Notes: generated by a model from the letters alone, not told the origin. A stretch of DNA of 64,000 nt from Alphaproteobacteria bacterium UBA6411 (GCA_002438565.1 DJPN01000022.1:2492-66491), one strand, 5' to 3'. Shown: positions 20,017-29,477, counted from the first letter of the stretch. Program-made: numbers and translations.

Positions 20017-20850
20017 TCAGTTCGGCAAAACCAGAGCCAAAGCGGAATATTGCGGTGCCAACATATGGTTGGCACCGTACGTTATGCCGACTTTGTCCGC
20101 GGCCGCTTCACGCGCCAAAGCCGATACGGTCTTTCCCTCTTCCGCATCCAGAGGATAAACGTTTCCCGTACAGCAGCCGTCCCTGTTGATTTTTTCAGCC
20201 GTATATTCCGCCATTGCGCGCACCATTTCACGCACGAATCCGTCCAAACAGCCGTATTCGGCATCCTGTCCCAGCAACAGCCATTTTTTGGCGACGTCGC
20301 CCGCGTTTTTTCCCATGGTAACGGCCGCAACGGCTACGGTCGAAAATGTTTCCGGCGAAAACTTGTCCGCCAAAGAAACGCCGTCCGCCCGCCGTTTGAA
20401 ATTAATTGTCGCGGCAACCGTTTTTCCGTCGGCTTTGTAAAAATCGACCGAATCCCCGTCCGCTTTCGCCTGCATATAAACGTATGCGGCGCGCGGCCGC
20501 AGAATGTTTTCACGTTCGCAAACGGCGCGGACATCATTTAAAACAGGGATTAAGTCCGTATTGACCCGTTCACACCATTCATCGCGGCTTTCCTCGTCCT
20601 TCAGCGTGCATCCCCACCGTTTTTCAAACAGCGACAATTCATCCAAGTAAGGAATCAAAACCGCAATTTTATCCTGTTCGACGACAACCGGCGCGTACAG
20701 CGGCACTTGAATCAGCGGAAGGACGGCTTGACTGTCCGAGCCGAACAAAACATGCGGCAGTTCATCCGCATAATCGAAACCGGGGGAAAGCTGTTCCTCC
20801 TGCTTTCCGAACAACGTGTCGACAATTTGCTTTTCGGTGTTTTCCGTCAT
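20017..20850 (-). CDS. Stand-alone protein resembling the MetH reactivation (AdoMet-binding, Met_synt_B12) domain
   Basis: 277 aa. LRPRAAYVYMQAKADGDSVDFY, SLADKFSP...VAVAAVTMG, REMVRAMAEYTAEKI and GITYGANHMLAPQYSALALV run parallel to E. coli MetH 897-1227 blocks. This is a by-eye comparison. Confidence 0.5.
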   Translation of the reverse strand: MTENTEKQIVDTLFGKQEEQLSPGFDYADELPHVLFGSDSQAVLPLIQVPLYAPVVVEQDKIAVLIPYLDELSLFEKRWGCTLKDEESRDEWCERVNTDLIPVLNDVRAVCERENILRPRAAYVYMQAKADGDSVDFYKADGKTVAATINFKRRADGVSLADKFSPETFSTVAVAAVTMGKNAGDVAKKWLLLGQDAEYGCLDGFVREMVRAMAEYTAEKINRDGCCTGNVYPLDAEEGKTVSALAREAAADKVGITYGANHMLAPQYSALALVLPN

Positions 20851-20948
20851 TTAACGCCCCCGTTTCAAGGATTGAAAATATCTTTTTTTCGATGGTTTGG
20901 CAAAGAAAAACTTGTTTGATTCCGGAAAGCGCGATATTTTGAACGATT

Positions 20949-21725
20949 ATGAAACAGACCGCTCAAACACTTTTTGCTTTGCTTTTACTGCTGACGGGAT
21001 GCGCAACGGCGCCGACAGACCCCGCGGAATTGGCGGAATTCAAAGCACTTAACGATCCGCTCGAACCTTTGAACAGAAAAATTCTGGCGTTCAACGACGC
21101 GGCCGACGAATATGTCCTGCACCCGATTGCGACGGGATACCGCACGATTACGACGCCAGACTTCCGCAAGGGCGTGCGCGCTTTTGTTGCCAATTTGAAA
21201 ACGCCTTTGAGCCTGGTCAACAACTTTCTTCAGTTCAATCTGGCCGGCGCGGGCAAAGATTTGTCGCGCTTTGTCATCAACTCCACACTGGGGGTGTTCG
21301 GCGTGTTTGACGTCGCAACCCGCATGGGACTGGACGCCAATCCGCAAGGCTTCGGCACGACAATGGCGGTTTGGGGGGTTCCCGACGGCCCTTATCTGGT
21401 TTTGCCGCTGCTGGGACCGTCCAACGTGCGCGATGCCGTCGGATTGGGAGCGAACTATCTGCTGGATCCCGCGACGTATATTGCTTGGAACAGCAGCAAA
21501 CCGTCCGTCAAGGACACCACCGTCGCTTTGGATATTGTCGAACCGCTGGCGGCTTACGAATACGCAATGGATTTGATGAATGATGCGCGGTCGACGTCGC
21601 TGGACTACTACGCTTACGTCCGCACTATGTACCGTCAATACCGCAAAAAAGCGGTTGATGACGCCAAAGGCGTTTCGGCCGAATCGGCGCCGTCTTATGA
21701 ATTTGATTTGGATGACGAGGAATAA
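20949..21725 (+). CDS. mlaA: MlaA/VacJ outer-membrane lipoprotein
   Basis: There is a lipobox in LLLTGC|A. DPLEPLNRKILAFND, INSTLGVFGVFDVA and GPYLVLPLLGPSNVRD are MlaA motifs. Confidence 0.85.
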   Translation: MKQTAQTLFALLLLLTGCATAPTDPAELAEFKALNDPLEPLNRKILAFNDAADEYVLHPIATGYRTITTPDFRKGVRAFVANLKTPLSLVNNFLQFNLAGAGKDLSRFVINSTLGVFGVFDVATRMGLDANPQGFGTTMAVWGVPDGPYLVLPLLGPSNVRDAVGLGANYLLDPATYIAWNSSKPSVKDTTVALDIVEPLAAYEYAMDLMNDARSTSLDYYAYVRTMYRQYRKKAVDDAKGVSAESAPSYEFDLDDEE

Positions 21726-22334
21726 ATGAAAAGAATCCTGCTTACCGCCCTTTTGATATTGACGGGAACGCGCTTGGCGTTCGCCCAGCCCGACGAAGCC
21801 ATAGCCTTTGCACAAAAAACGGCCGACGACATCATGACGCGGGTTGTCGAGCTCAAAGCCCCCCTGCCCGACAAAGAAAAAAATTTTCACACCGTGTTCA
21901 CCCAAGCCGCTGATTTGAAAAAAATCGCCCGTTTTGTTTTGGGACGGTTTGCCAAAACGGCTTCCGAGGCTGAAATGCACGCTTTTACGGAAGCGTTCAC
22001 CGACAGCGTCGTCGGAACATGGACACGGCGTTTCGACGCTTACGCCGGCGAAAAAATCGTCTTCAAAGACGCGCGGCAGGAAAACGGCAAGGACGCTTAC
22101 GTCAATTCGGAACTGCTGATGGCGGACGGTGAAAGCAAAGTCGAAATCGTGTGGCGCGTTTCCACAAAAAACAATAAAACGACTCTGGTCGATTTGGTTG
22201 TCGAAGGCGTCAGCATGATTTTAAGCTACCGCAACGAATACACCGCCATTTTACAGCAAAACGGCGGCAATATTTCGGATCTGACCGAAAAACTGAAAAA
22301 CAAAGCCGTCAAAGACCCGAATTTGACGAAATAA
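21726..22334 (+). CDS. mlaC: MlaC/Ttg2D-family phospholipid-binding periplasmic protein
   Basis: It has a signal peptide. IARFVLGRFAKTAS and DLVVEGVSMILSYRNEY are typical. The gene starts 1 nt after the mlaA stop. Confidence 0.78.
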   Translation: MKRILLTALLILTGTRLAFAQPDEAIAFAQKTADDIMTRVVELKAPLPDKEKNFHTVFTQAADLKKIARFVLGRFAKTASEAEMHAFTEAFTDSVVGTWTRRFDAYAGEKIVFKDARQENGKDAYVNSELLMADGESKVEIVWRVSTKNNKTTLVDLVVEGVSMILSYRNEYTAILQQNGGNISDLTEKLKNKAVKDPNLTK

Positions 22335-22336
22335 CA

Positions 22337-22364
22337 TTGACAAACACTGCCGTTTTGGTACACT
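22337..22364 (+). promoter_or_regulatory. Candidate sigma70 promoter of rpsD (TTGACA-16 nt-TACACT), giving a ~100-nt leader
   Basis: TTGACA lies at 22337-22342 and TACACT at 22359-22364. The leader contains the hairpin CCTTGGAATCCAAGG. Confidence 0.5.
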
Positions 22365-22466
22365 TCAAGCCTATTTCCGAAAATGTGAACGGCTTGCCGT
22401 TCCTCCGCCTTGGAATCCAAGGGGGACTATCGGGACAACAACAAAAAACAAATTGGAGTATTTAAT

Positions 22467-23081
22467 ATGTCAAAACGCTTGGCAGCGAAATTCAAAATCA
22501 ACCGCCGCTTGGGATTGGATCTGTGGGGTCGCGCGAAAAGCCCCGTTCACCGTCGTGAATACGGTCCGGGTCAGCACGGTCAGCACAAAGGCAAACCGAC
22601 GGACTACGGCACGCAGTTGCTGGCTAAACAAAAGCTGAAAGGCTACTACGGCAACGTTTCCGAAAAGCAGATGCGCAAATACTACGCCGAAGCTATCCGC
22701 CGCAGCGGCGACACGTCCGAAAACCTGATCGGTTTGTTGGAAACGCGCTTGGACGCCGTCGTTTATCGTATGAAATTCGTTCCGTCCGTTTTTGCTTCGC
22801 GTCAGTTCATCAACCACGGTCACATTCTGGTCAACGGCAAACGCGTCAACATTCCGTCCTACTTGGTCAAAGCCGGCGATGTCGTTTCCGTCAAAGAAAA
22901 ATCCCGTGAACTGGCTTGCGTCATCGAAGCCGCCGCTTCGACCGAACGCGAAGTCCCCGATTACATGGAAGTCGATTCCAAAGCGTGCAAAGGCACGTTC
23001 GTCCGCGTTCCCAAATTCGCAGACGTTCCGTACCCCGTACAGATGGAACCGAATCTGGTGGTCGAATTCTATTCTCGTTAA
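22467..23081 (+). CDS. rpsD: 30S ribosomal protein S4
   Basis: The internal ATG at 22467 follows [20 protein letters not shown] ... [11 protein letters not shown] ... and the S4 RNA-binding domain are unmistakable. Confidence 0.97.
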   Translation: MSKRLAAKFKINRRLGLDLWGRAKSPVHRREYGPGQHGQHKGKPTDYGTQLLAKQKLKGYYGNVSEKQMRKYYAEAIRRSGDTSENLIGLLETRLDAVVYRMKFVPSVFASRQFINHGHILVNGKRVNIPSYLVKAGDVVSVKEKSRELACVIEAAASTEREVPDYMEVDSKACKGTFVRVPKFADVPYPVQMEPNLVVEFYSR

Positions 23082-23103
23082 TTCTGAGGATAATTTGCTT
23101 GAA

Positions 23104-23131
23104 AGTCCCGCCGCCGTGCGGGACTTTTTTG
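23104..23131 (+). terminator. Rho-independent terminator of rpsD
   Basis: A GTCCCGC / GCGGGAC 7-bp stem (23105-23111 / 23118-23124) with a 6-nt loop is followed by T6. Confidence 0.8.
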
Positions 23132-23154
23132 TTGCGCTTGTTTTTCGCGAACAT

Positions 23155-23185
23155 CAAAAAAGCCCTCCGAAGAGGGCTTTTTTTG
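23155..23185. terminator. Bidirectional hairpin terminator (serves minus-strand RNase J)
   Basis: AGCCCTC-CGAA-GAGGGCT is flanked by A6 and T7 runs, and lies 13 nt beyond the rnj stop at 23198. Confidence 0.75.
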
Positions 23186-23197
23186 TAAATCGTTTAT

Positions 23198-24868
23198 TCA
23201 GCGGCCGTGCATTTTCCGCCGCGCCGCCAAGTTGGTCGGCATCATCGAAACGGTTTGCGCTTTTTCGGTTTTGGGTTTGCGCGGAGCATGCTTGTATTTG
23301 TAATACCCGATTTTCTTGCGTTCCTTTGTTTCAACATTCATTTCCAAACGGTCGTATTTGAAATACGGCTTTCTGAAATCGTTGTTGGCATCGTTCACGC
23401 CAATCCATTCTTCTGTTTTTCCGCCGCTTTCCCACGTTGCGTATTTTTTGAAAGCCCGCATTTCCGCCATGTTCGGAATAATGCACGCGCTCAACCCCAT
23501 TTCCTGCGCGATTTTCATCACGTTGCGGCGCTGTGCGGGATCGCCGTGAATGGGAACGACCGTCGTGCGGCGCGGGGACGCGGCGGAAACGATTTTGCAG
23601 ATTTTCGCAACGTCGCCCGAACTGGCGTGTCCCGATGCGTGAATCGTGTATTTGTTCGGTTTATAACGGCTGGGGAAGTAGGTGACGCATCCCTGCGCTT
23701 GGAATTTTTCCTCCAGCGCCTTGTGCGTTTCTTCGCTGCCCGGAATACAGGACTGCAAGTCGTACACATAAATCGGCAAATCTTTGCCCTTGCCAGACGT
23801 TTCGCGCATTTCCGCCAAAGAAATGTTTTTGTTGCGTCCCTCGGCGATTTTCAGCAAAGACGCATCTTCGCCCTGCGTTCCCGTACAAATGTAAAAACGG
23901 TTTTCGGGCGGCGTTCTTTGCGCGGTTTTCGAGTTTGCCGCAACGATTTTCATTTCCACGCCCGTTTGTTCGCGGATGATGTCTTCCAGCTTGTAACCGC
24001 ACGCGTTCATCGCGCGGCGCGCGTTGATAAGGGACGCCCCGTCCAAAATCATCGTGCGGGGTTCCGTTCCTTTTTCCAAAGCTTCCTCCGCCAAAGCGGT
24101 GGCAACCGTGTGCAAACGGTGGCAGGACGATGAAATCACGCCCGAAATAACGGGCCCGTTTTCGGATTCGCGCAAAATATCGCGCAATCCCTTTTTAACT
24201 TCGGATTCGCCGATGGTTTCGCCCTTGCCCGTCGAAGACGTCGAATCGATAAACAGATAGTCTATGCCTTTAGAAGCCAGCGCGGCGACTTTTTCGTCGT
24301 CAAAGCCCTGTCCCAAGGGAACTTTTGCCGTTTTGAAATCGCCCGTCGTCATCATGCGCGTTCCGTCGGGGCTTTCAATCACAAAGCCGACCGCATCGGG
24401 AATCGAATGAGACACGGAAAACGGTTCAACCTTGAATCCGTTGACTTCAAACGCTTCATCGGGTTTGAAAACATGGAAATCCGGAAATTCCTCTTTGCGG
24501 ATACCCGTGCTGAGCAAACTGTTTTTAATCAGTTTTTCAGCAAAAGCGGTGCAGTGGACGGTCAGATTTTCACCTTTGGCGCGTTTTTCTTCAAATTCGG
24601 CGCGCTTCAGATTCATCAAATGAGCCAGCCCGCCCATATGGTCGGCATGCCCGTGCGTAATCAGAATGTCATTCGATTCGGGCATGGTCGGAATGAAAGC
24701 ATCATAGCCCGTTTCTTCCTTTTTGCAAAACAGGGAACCGTAATCCACCTGCAAAGCGTTTTTCCGTTCGCCGTTTTCGTCGGTATAAGAAAATTCATAG
24801 CCGTTTCCGCCGATGTGGTCGGCGTTGTTGCCGCCCGCGGATTTCCAAGATGTGAAAGCCTCTGCCAT
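23198..24868 (-). CDS. rnj: Ribonuclease J (metallo-beta-lactamase / beta-CASP)
   Basis: 556 aa, with ITHGHADHMGG (HxHxDH), beta-CASP blocks, and IHASGHASSGD. Confidence 0.85.
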   Translation of the reverse strand: MAEAFTSWKSAGGNNADHIGGNGYEFSYTDENGERKNALQVDYGSLFCKKEETGYDAFIPTMPESNDILITHGHADHMGGLAHLMNLKRAEFEEKRAKGENLTVHCTAFAEKLIKNSLLSTGIRKEEFPDFHVFKPDEAFEVNGFKVEPFSVSHSIPDAVGFVIESPDGTRMMTTGDFKTAKVPLGQGFDDEKVAALASKGIDYLFIDSTSSTGKGETIGESEVKKGLRDILRESENGPVISGVISSSCHRLHTVATALAEEALEKGTEPRTMILDGASLINARRAMNACGYKLEDIIREQTGVEMKIVAANSKTAQRTPPENRFYICTGTQGEDASLLKIAEGRNKNISLAEMRETSGKGKDLPIYVYDLQSCIPGSEETHKALEEKFQAQGCVTYFPSRYKPNKYTIHASGHASSGDVAKICKIVSAASPRRTTVVPIHGDPAQRRNVMKIAQEMGLSACIIPNMAEMRAFKKYATWESGGKTEEWIGVNDANNDFRKPYFKYDRLEMNVETKERKKIGYYKYKHAPRKPKTEKAQTVSMMPTNLAARRKMHGR

Positions 24869-24881
24869 AACCGTTTATCCT

Positions 24882-25118
24882 TTAATCTATGTTTTCCGAA
24901 GGAATTTTTTCGGCGTCTTCGGGAAACTGGATACCAACCCAAGCATGAATGACGGCTTCCATATCGTCATCATCGGGAACGGACGAATCGTCAAAGCCGT
25001 CCAGCTTGGCGACCATATCGCGCAATTCGTCGTATTCCAAAACGGACAAATCGGTCTGCGGATAAAGTTTTTCCAAGGCGTTTGCCAGCTCGTCAACGTC
25101 AGACCAAGTCAATGCCAT
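24882..25118 (-). CDS. iscX: IscX-like Fe-S assembly accessory protein
   Basis: The ATG at 25118 gives MALTWSDVDELANALEKLYPQTDLSVLEYDELRDMVAKLDGFDD, collinear with E. coli IscX ([24 protein letters not shown]...DLEDFDDD). The track start at 25196 is a TTG extension. Confidence 0.65.
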   Translation of the reverse strand: MALTWSDVDELANALEKLYPQTDLSVLEYDELRDMVAKLDGFDDSSVPDDDDMEAVIHAWVGIQFPEDAEKIPSENID

Positions 25119-25212
25119 TATCGGGTATCCTTTTATTGAAGCGGGGAAACATCCCCTGTTGGAATTGATAGTATCCGACGGATTTGTCCAACGCAAGGAT
25201 TTTTTGAAAAAA

Positions 25213-25224
25213 TCTTGACAAAAA
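25213..25224 (+). repeat. Left copy of the 12-nt direct repeat TCTTGACAAAAA flanking the HNH-like gene
   Basis: It is identical to 26185-26196, and both copies lie in the AT-rich intergenic spacers. Confidence 0.6.
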
Positions 25225-25257
25225 CAAAACTTTCAACAATTTGCTTTTATTGAATAA

Positions 25258-25295
25258 ATAAAAAAAATCGGCAGATTTAAAACCTGCCGATTTTG
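25258..25295. terminator. Hairpin terminator downstream of the HNH-like gene
   Basis: An ATCGGCAG / CTGCCGAT 8-bp stem (25267-25274 / 25284-25291) is flanked by an A-run and a T-run. On the minus strand it is followed by T9. Confidence 0.7.
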
Positions 25296-25319
25296 TCGAA
25301 TTTTTATCTTTGAAGCGTT

Positions 25320-26141
25320 TTAACGGCCGCGGTTTGCCGCCGCTTTCATCGCCGCCGCCTGCGCCTGTTTTTGCTTTTCGGCCTGTTTGCGGCGTTCGTC
25401 GATTTCCGCATACATCGGGGCAACCGTTTTGGCGCGGTGCGCAACGCCCATGTGTTCCGCTTTGTACAGATTCGGATACTTTGCGGGGTTGACGCAGGAC
25501 GTATAATTCGGTTTCACGGGCTGATTTTCACGGGTGAAGCCGTATTTTTTCGGATCGTAAATCATTTCGTCCGTGTACGGGATTTTGATGGTGCGGGTTT
25601 CACCTTCGCGAATTCCCGCCAGCTGCGGATCCATAATGTCGTGATGCCACTGGTCATGCGGATACAGCGGGGTCAGAATGAAGTTTGAAAATTCGTTTTT
25701 GCCGCCGCCGTGCAAAGCCTGTTTGTGGTGCACGTTCAATCCCGGAGGACAACGCCCGTTGCGCATGCCTTCCAAATCGCGGTCGGTCAAGCTCAGTTTT
25801 TCGACCAGTTCGGCTTCGTGCTCTTTGACCAGCATTTTCAAAAATTTCGAGCGAACGCCCTCTTTTTCGCGGGTGCCGCTGAATTCCGCGCGGCGGTCTT
25901 CACGCACTTTTTTGGGCGGAACGGTGTATTCGACTTCTTTCAGTTTCAAGCCATGAATCGTGTCGAACGAAAATTCGCCTTTGCGCTGGTCGGCGTTATA
26001 TTTTCCCTGCGGGGAAAACGCGCTTTTCGCGGAACCTTTCTGCTGGTTGGCGCGGCGTTCGTCCTTGTTCGGGCGGGGGCGTTTTTCATGAACGTAATTG
26101 TATCCGGCGTTCTGTTTTTCAAAATCAATTTCAGCAACCAT
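25320..26141 (-). CDS. Basic hypothetical protein with an HNH/EndoVII-like (beta-beta-alpha-metal) motif
   Basis: 273 aa. The central segment CPPGLNVHHKQALHGGGKNEFSNFILTPLYPHDQWHHD resembles the xHH ... N ... H signature of HNH-fold nucleases. The termini are Lys/Arg-rich. The gene has its own terminator and an AT-rich upstream spacer. Confidence 0.45.
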   Translation of the reverse strand: MVAEIDFEKQNAGYNYVHEKRPRPNKDERRANQQKGSAKSAFSPQGKYNADQRKGEFSFDTIHGLKLKEVEYTVPPKKVREDRRAEFSGTREKEGVRSKFLKMLVKEHEAELVEKLSLTDRDLEGMRNGRCPPGLNVHHKQALHGGGKNEFSNFILTPLYPHDQWHHDIMDPQLAGIREGETRTIKIPYTDEMIYDPKKYGFTRENQPVKPNYTSCVNPAKYPNLYKAEHMGVAHRAKTVAPMYAEIDERRKQAEKQKQAQAAAMKAAANRGR

Positions 26142-26184
26142 GGCTTTAATCCTTTAGTCGAATTGAACGGATGCTTTTTCAAGC

Positions 26185-26196
26185 TCTTGACAAAAA
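26185..26196 (+). repeat. Right copy of the 12-nt direct repeat TCTTGACAAAAA
   Basis: It is identical to 25213-25224. Confidence 0.6.
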
Positions 26197-26275
26197 TATA
26201 CAAAATCCCGAAAAACTTGTCCAGTCAAAAAAGACTGTTTTTCAAAATATTTTTCATCCGCTTCGGACAAAAAAG

Positions 26276-27124
26276 TTAAAACCGTTCAACTTCAAAGATT
26301 CTGTCGGGCACGGCGATTTGGCTTTGCGCGGCAATCAAAGGAATATCGCGGGCGCCCGTATCGACGGCGGCTTTCATCAATCCCCAAACCGACGACACCG
26401 CTTTGGCCAGCGATTCGGGCAAACGGCGGGTTTTGACAAAATTCGCGACCAGCAGCGCCGCGGTCATATCCCCCGCCCCGCTGCACACGGCGGCGTCAAA
26501 AGCCAGTTTCGGCGTCACAACCCGCCAAACGGCATCGGCTTCAATTGCCAAAGCCGCCAAGCCGCCCGTTCCGACGGGCAGTCCCGTGACAACGACCGTT
26601 TTCAGCCGCCCCGTTCCGATTAAAGAACGGGCGGCCGTTATCGCGTCGGCTTCGTTTTCTATTTTTCGATTCGCCAGCCACCCCAATTCAAACCTGTTCG
26701 GCGTAATAAAGTCGGCGGCGGGAACGGCGCGGTTTTTCATAAATTCAGGAATGTCATCAGCCACATACAAAGTTCCGTTGTCGCCCATCACGGGGTCGCA
26801 ACAATAAAAAGCGTTCGGATTGGCTTTGCGCACCCGTTCAACGGCGCTTAAAACCGTTTCGCCCGTCGCTTTCGCGCCCAAATAGCCCGACAGCACGCCG
26901 TCACAATTTTCCAATCCCGAACAAACCGCCAAACCGTCAACCAGCTTTGCCAGATGTTCGGCTGGAAAAACATCGCCAGTCCACCCTTTTGCGGCGGTAT
27001 GGTTGGAAAACTGCAACGTATCGAGCTCCCACGCCTCAACGCCCGCCCTTTGCAGACAAAACACGGCGGCGGAATTGCCGACATGTCCTGCAACGACATG
27101 GGATTGAATGGTTAAAACGGGCAT
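26276..27124 (-). CDS. pdxY: Pyridoxal kinase
   Basis: The ATG at 27124 gives MPVLTIQSHVVAGHVGNSAAVFCLQRAG ... FSNHT ... CDPVMGD ... GAGDM, collinear with E. coli PdxY. The 42-codon N-terminal extension in the track is rejected. Confidence 0.82.
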   Translation of the reverse strand: MPVLTIQSHVVAGHVGNSAAVFCLQRAGVEAWELDTLQFSNHTAAKGWTGDVFPAEHLAKLVDGLAVCSGLENCDGVLSGYLGAKATGETVLSAVERVRKANPNAFYCCDPVMGDNGTLYVADDIPEFMKNRAVPAADFITPNRFELGWLANRKIENEADAITAARSLIGTGRLKTVVVTGLPVGTGGLAALAIEADAVWRVVTPKLAFDAAVCSGAGDMTAALLVANFVKTRRLPESLAKAVSSVWGLMKAAVDTGARDIPLIAAQSQIAVPDRIFEVERF

Positions 27125-27435
27125 TATTCCTCCTCCGTTTCTTCGGCCGGAATGTCTTGGCAGCGGTAATAAACGCGATGCGGCAAAAACACGCGGCAAG
27201 ACCAGTATTTGTGTCCGTCGTAAGCGGGTTCGCGGTTCGTCTTTGCACATTCTTCGCGCGCCATGCGGATGATTTCGTTTTCGTTCGTTGCAAAACCGTT
27301 ATAGCAAATCGCAACCCTGTCGGGACGCGATTCGCCGACGGTTTGAGGCGATCCCCCTTCGTGTCTGGCGTCTACGAACGGAGCGCACGCCGCCAGTACC
27401 GTAATCAATAAAAATAATGTCAAAAGCCGTTTCAT
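27124..27435 (-). CDS. Small lipoprotein, unknown function
   Basis: MKRLLTLFLLITVLAAC|A has a lipobox. There are four further Cys residues and an acidic tail. The stop shares 1 nt with the pdxY start (TAATG). Confidence 0.55.
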   Translation of the reverse strand: MKRLLTLFLLITVLAACAPFVDARHEGGSPQTVGESRPDRVAICYNGFATNENEIIRMAREECAKTNREPAYDGHKYWSCRVFLPHRVYYRCQDIPAEETEEE

Positions 27436-27594
27436 TTTCCGCCATTCCTTGAGAAAGGCCTGTATTTTCCCCGAAAAAGCCCGCGTATTCAACAAAGAAA
27501 TCATTTTTTTTCGTTTTGCAAAGCTATGGTTGATTTTATGCGCCTGTTTCGCTTATGCTTTAAGGAACGCTGATTTTAACGCAAAGGATTCTTC

Positions 27595-28521
27595 ATGATT
27601 GCACAAAAACGCCTGCTCACCCGTTGCGATTTCGACGGACTGGTGTGCGCCGCCCTGCTTAAAGAATTGGGTTTAATCGACGAAATCCGCTTTGTTCACC
27701 CCAAAGACATGCAGGACGGCAGAATATCCATTTCCAACGGGGACATCACGGCCAACCTGCCCTATGTCGAAGGCGTGTACATCGCGTTCGACCACCACAT
27801 CAGCGAAAACGCGCGCGTTATCAGCCCGCCCAACTATATCGTTTATCCGAATTCCCCGTCCGCCGCGCGCGTCGTATACGAATATTACGGGGCGGAAAAC
27901 CGCTTCAAAGACATCCCCGCCGAATTGATGAAAGCCGTCGACAACGCCGATTCGGCACGCTATACGGTCGACCAGATTAAAAATCCGACGGACTGGACTT
28001 TGCTGGCGTTCATCACCGACCCCCGCACGGGATTGGGACGGTTTAAAAACTTCCGCATCGGCACTTACGAATTTATGCTCAAACTGGTGGATTTGTGCCG
28101 CACGCATCCGATTAACGAAATCTTGAACGATCCCGATGTCAAAGAACGCGTCGATTTGTACTATGAACATCAAGACAAGTTTATCGACCAGCTGAAGCGC
28201 TGCACGACCGTTTACAAAAACGTCGCGCACATCAACTACCGCGATCAAGACGTCATTTACGCGGGCAACCGCTTTATGGTGTATGCCCTGTTTCCGCAAA
28301 TCAACATTTCCGTTCATGAAATTTGGGGCAAAAACCGGCGGAATGTCGTTTTTGCGGCGGGCAAGTCGATTTTCAACCGCACGTCGAAAATGAATATCGG
28401 GGAATTCATGCTCCAGTTCCACGGCGGCGGCCACATCGCGGCGGGAACGTGTCAAGTCCCCGTCAAAGACGCCGAACAGGTGCGCGAAGCCATTATCACC
28501 GCAATGCGGCAGGACGTCTGA
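27595..28521 (+). CDS. DHH/DHHA1-family phosphoesterase, copy 1
   Basis: 308 aa, with CDFDGLVCAALL (motif I/II), IAFDHHIS (DHH) and FHGGGHIAAGT (DHHA1 GGGH). Confidence 0.72.
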   Translation: MIAQKRLLTRCDFDGLVCAALLKELGLIDEIRFVHPKDMQDGRISISNGDITANLPYVEGVYIAFDHHISENARVISPPNYIVYPNSPSAARVVYEYYGAENRFKDIPAELMKAVDNADSARYTVDQIKNPTDWTLLAFITDPRTGLGRFKNFRIGTYEFMLKLVDLCRTHPINEILNDPDVKERVDLYYEHQDKFIDQLKRCTTVYKNVAHINYRDQDVIYAGNRFMVYALFPQINISVHEIWGKNRRNVVFAAGKSIFNRTSKMNIGEFMLQFHGGGHIAAGTCQVPVKDAEQVREAIITAMRQDV

Positions 28522-28523
28522 CA

Positions 28524-29474
28524 ATGACCGAAAACCGTTTCCGTCTGGTTACCCGCAGTGATTTCGACGGGCTGGTATCGGCGATTTTGCTCAAAGAACT
28601 GGATTTAATCGACGACATCAAATTCGTCCACCCCAAGGACGTGCAGGACGGACTGGTTGACATCCGTCAGGGCGACATCATCACAAATCTGCCTTATTCC
28701 AAAAACGCGTCGTATGTTTTCGACCACCATATCAGCGAATTGGCTCGCGTCGGCCACAAAAGCAACAGCTATTTGAATCCGAATGCACCGTCCGCCGCCC
28801 GTGTCGTATGGGACACTTTCGGCGGAAAAGACCGGTTCAAAAACATATCCGAAGAAATGATGACCGCAGTGGACAAGGCGGATTCCGCGGATTACACCGT
28901 TGACGACATTCTGCATCCGACGGGATGGACTTTGCTCAGCTTTATCATGGATTCGCGCACGGGGCTTGGACGTTTTCACAATTTCCGCATTTCAAACTAT
29001 CAGCTGATGATGAATCTGATTGATTTCTGCCGCTGCCACGACCCGGAAGAAGTCCTTGACATGCCGGATGTCAAAGAACGCGTCGATTTGTATTTTTCCC
29101 AACAGGAAAAATTCAAAGAACAGCTGAAACGCCAAACGACCGTTTATAAAAATCTGGCCTACATCGACATGCTGAACGAAGACGTCATTTACGCGGGCAA
29201 CCGTTTTATGGTGTACGCCCTGTTCCCCGAAGTCAACGTATCCATGCACGCGATGTGGCGCGTCAACGGACAGCGCATCGTGTACGCGGTCGGGAAATCC
29301 ATTTTCAACCGCACAAACATTATCAATATCGGCGAACTGCTGTTGGGATACGGCGGCGGCGGGCACGCGAACGTCGGCACCTGCCAAATCGATTTGGACA
29401 AGGCAGCGCAAGTCAAAGACGAGCTGATTGCCGTTTTGACCGATCCGCAATACACGGAACAGCCGCAAAACTAA
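28524..29474 (+). CDS. DHH/DHHA1-family phosphoesterase, copy 2 (tandem paralog)
   Basis: This is an internal ATG at 28524, 2 nt after the copy 1 stop, giving 316 aa. SDFDGLVSAILL, YVFDHHIS and YGGGGHANVGT are present. It is collinear with copy 1 and roughly half identical by eye. Confidence 0.72.
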   Translation: MTENRFRLVTRSDFDGLVSAILLKELDLIDDIKFVHPKDVQDGLVDIRQGDIITNLPYSKNASYVFDHHISELARVGHKSNSYLNPNAPSAARVVWDTFGGKDRFKNISEEMMTAVDKADSADYTVDDILHPTGWTLLSFIMDSRTGLGRFHNFRISNYQLMMNLIDFCRCHDPEEVLDMPDVKERVDLYFSQQEKFKEQLKRQTTVYKNLAYIDMLNEDVIYAGNRFMVYALFPEVNVSMHAMWRVNGQRIVYAVGKSIFNRTNIINIGELLLGYGGGGHANVGTCQIDLDKAAQVKDELIAVLTDPQYTEQPQN

Positions 29475-29477
29475 CAA

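Noticed and set aside
26276-27250. N-terminally extended versions of several track ORFs: pdxY 27250, iscX 25196, trcR 31598, M23 33510, hydrolase 55654, comF 17791, dapF 44110 and pgpA 33362.
   Set aside because: The extensions start at TTG, GTG or distant ATG codons. They lack an SD, overlap neighbouring genes or promoters, and add non-homologous residues. In each case an internal ATG with an SD matches the family N-terminus.
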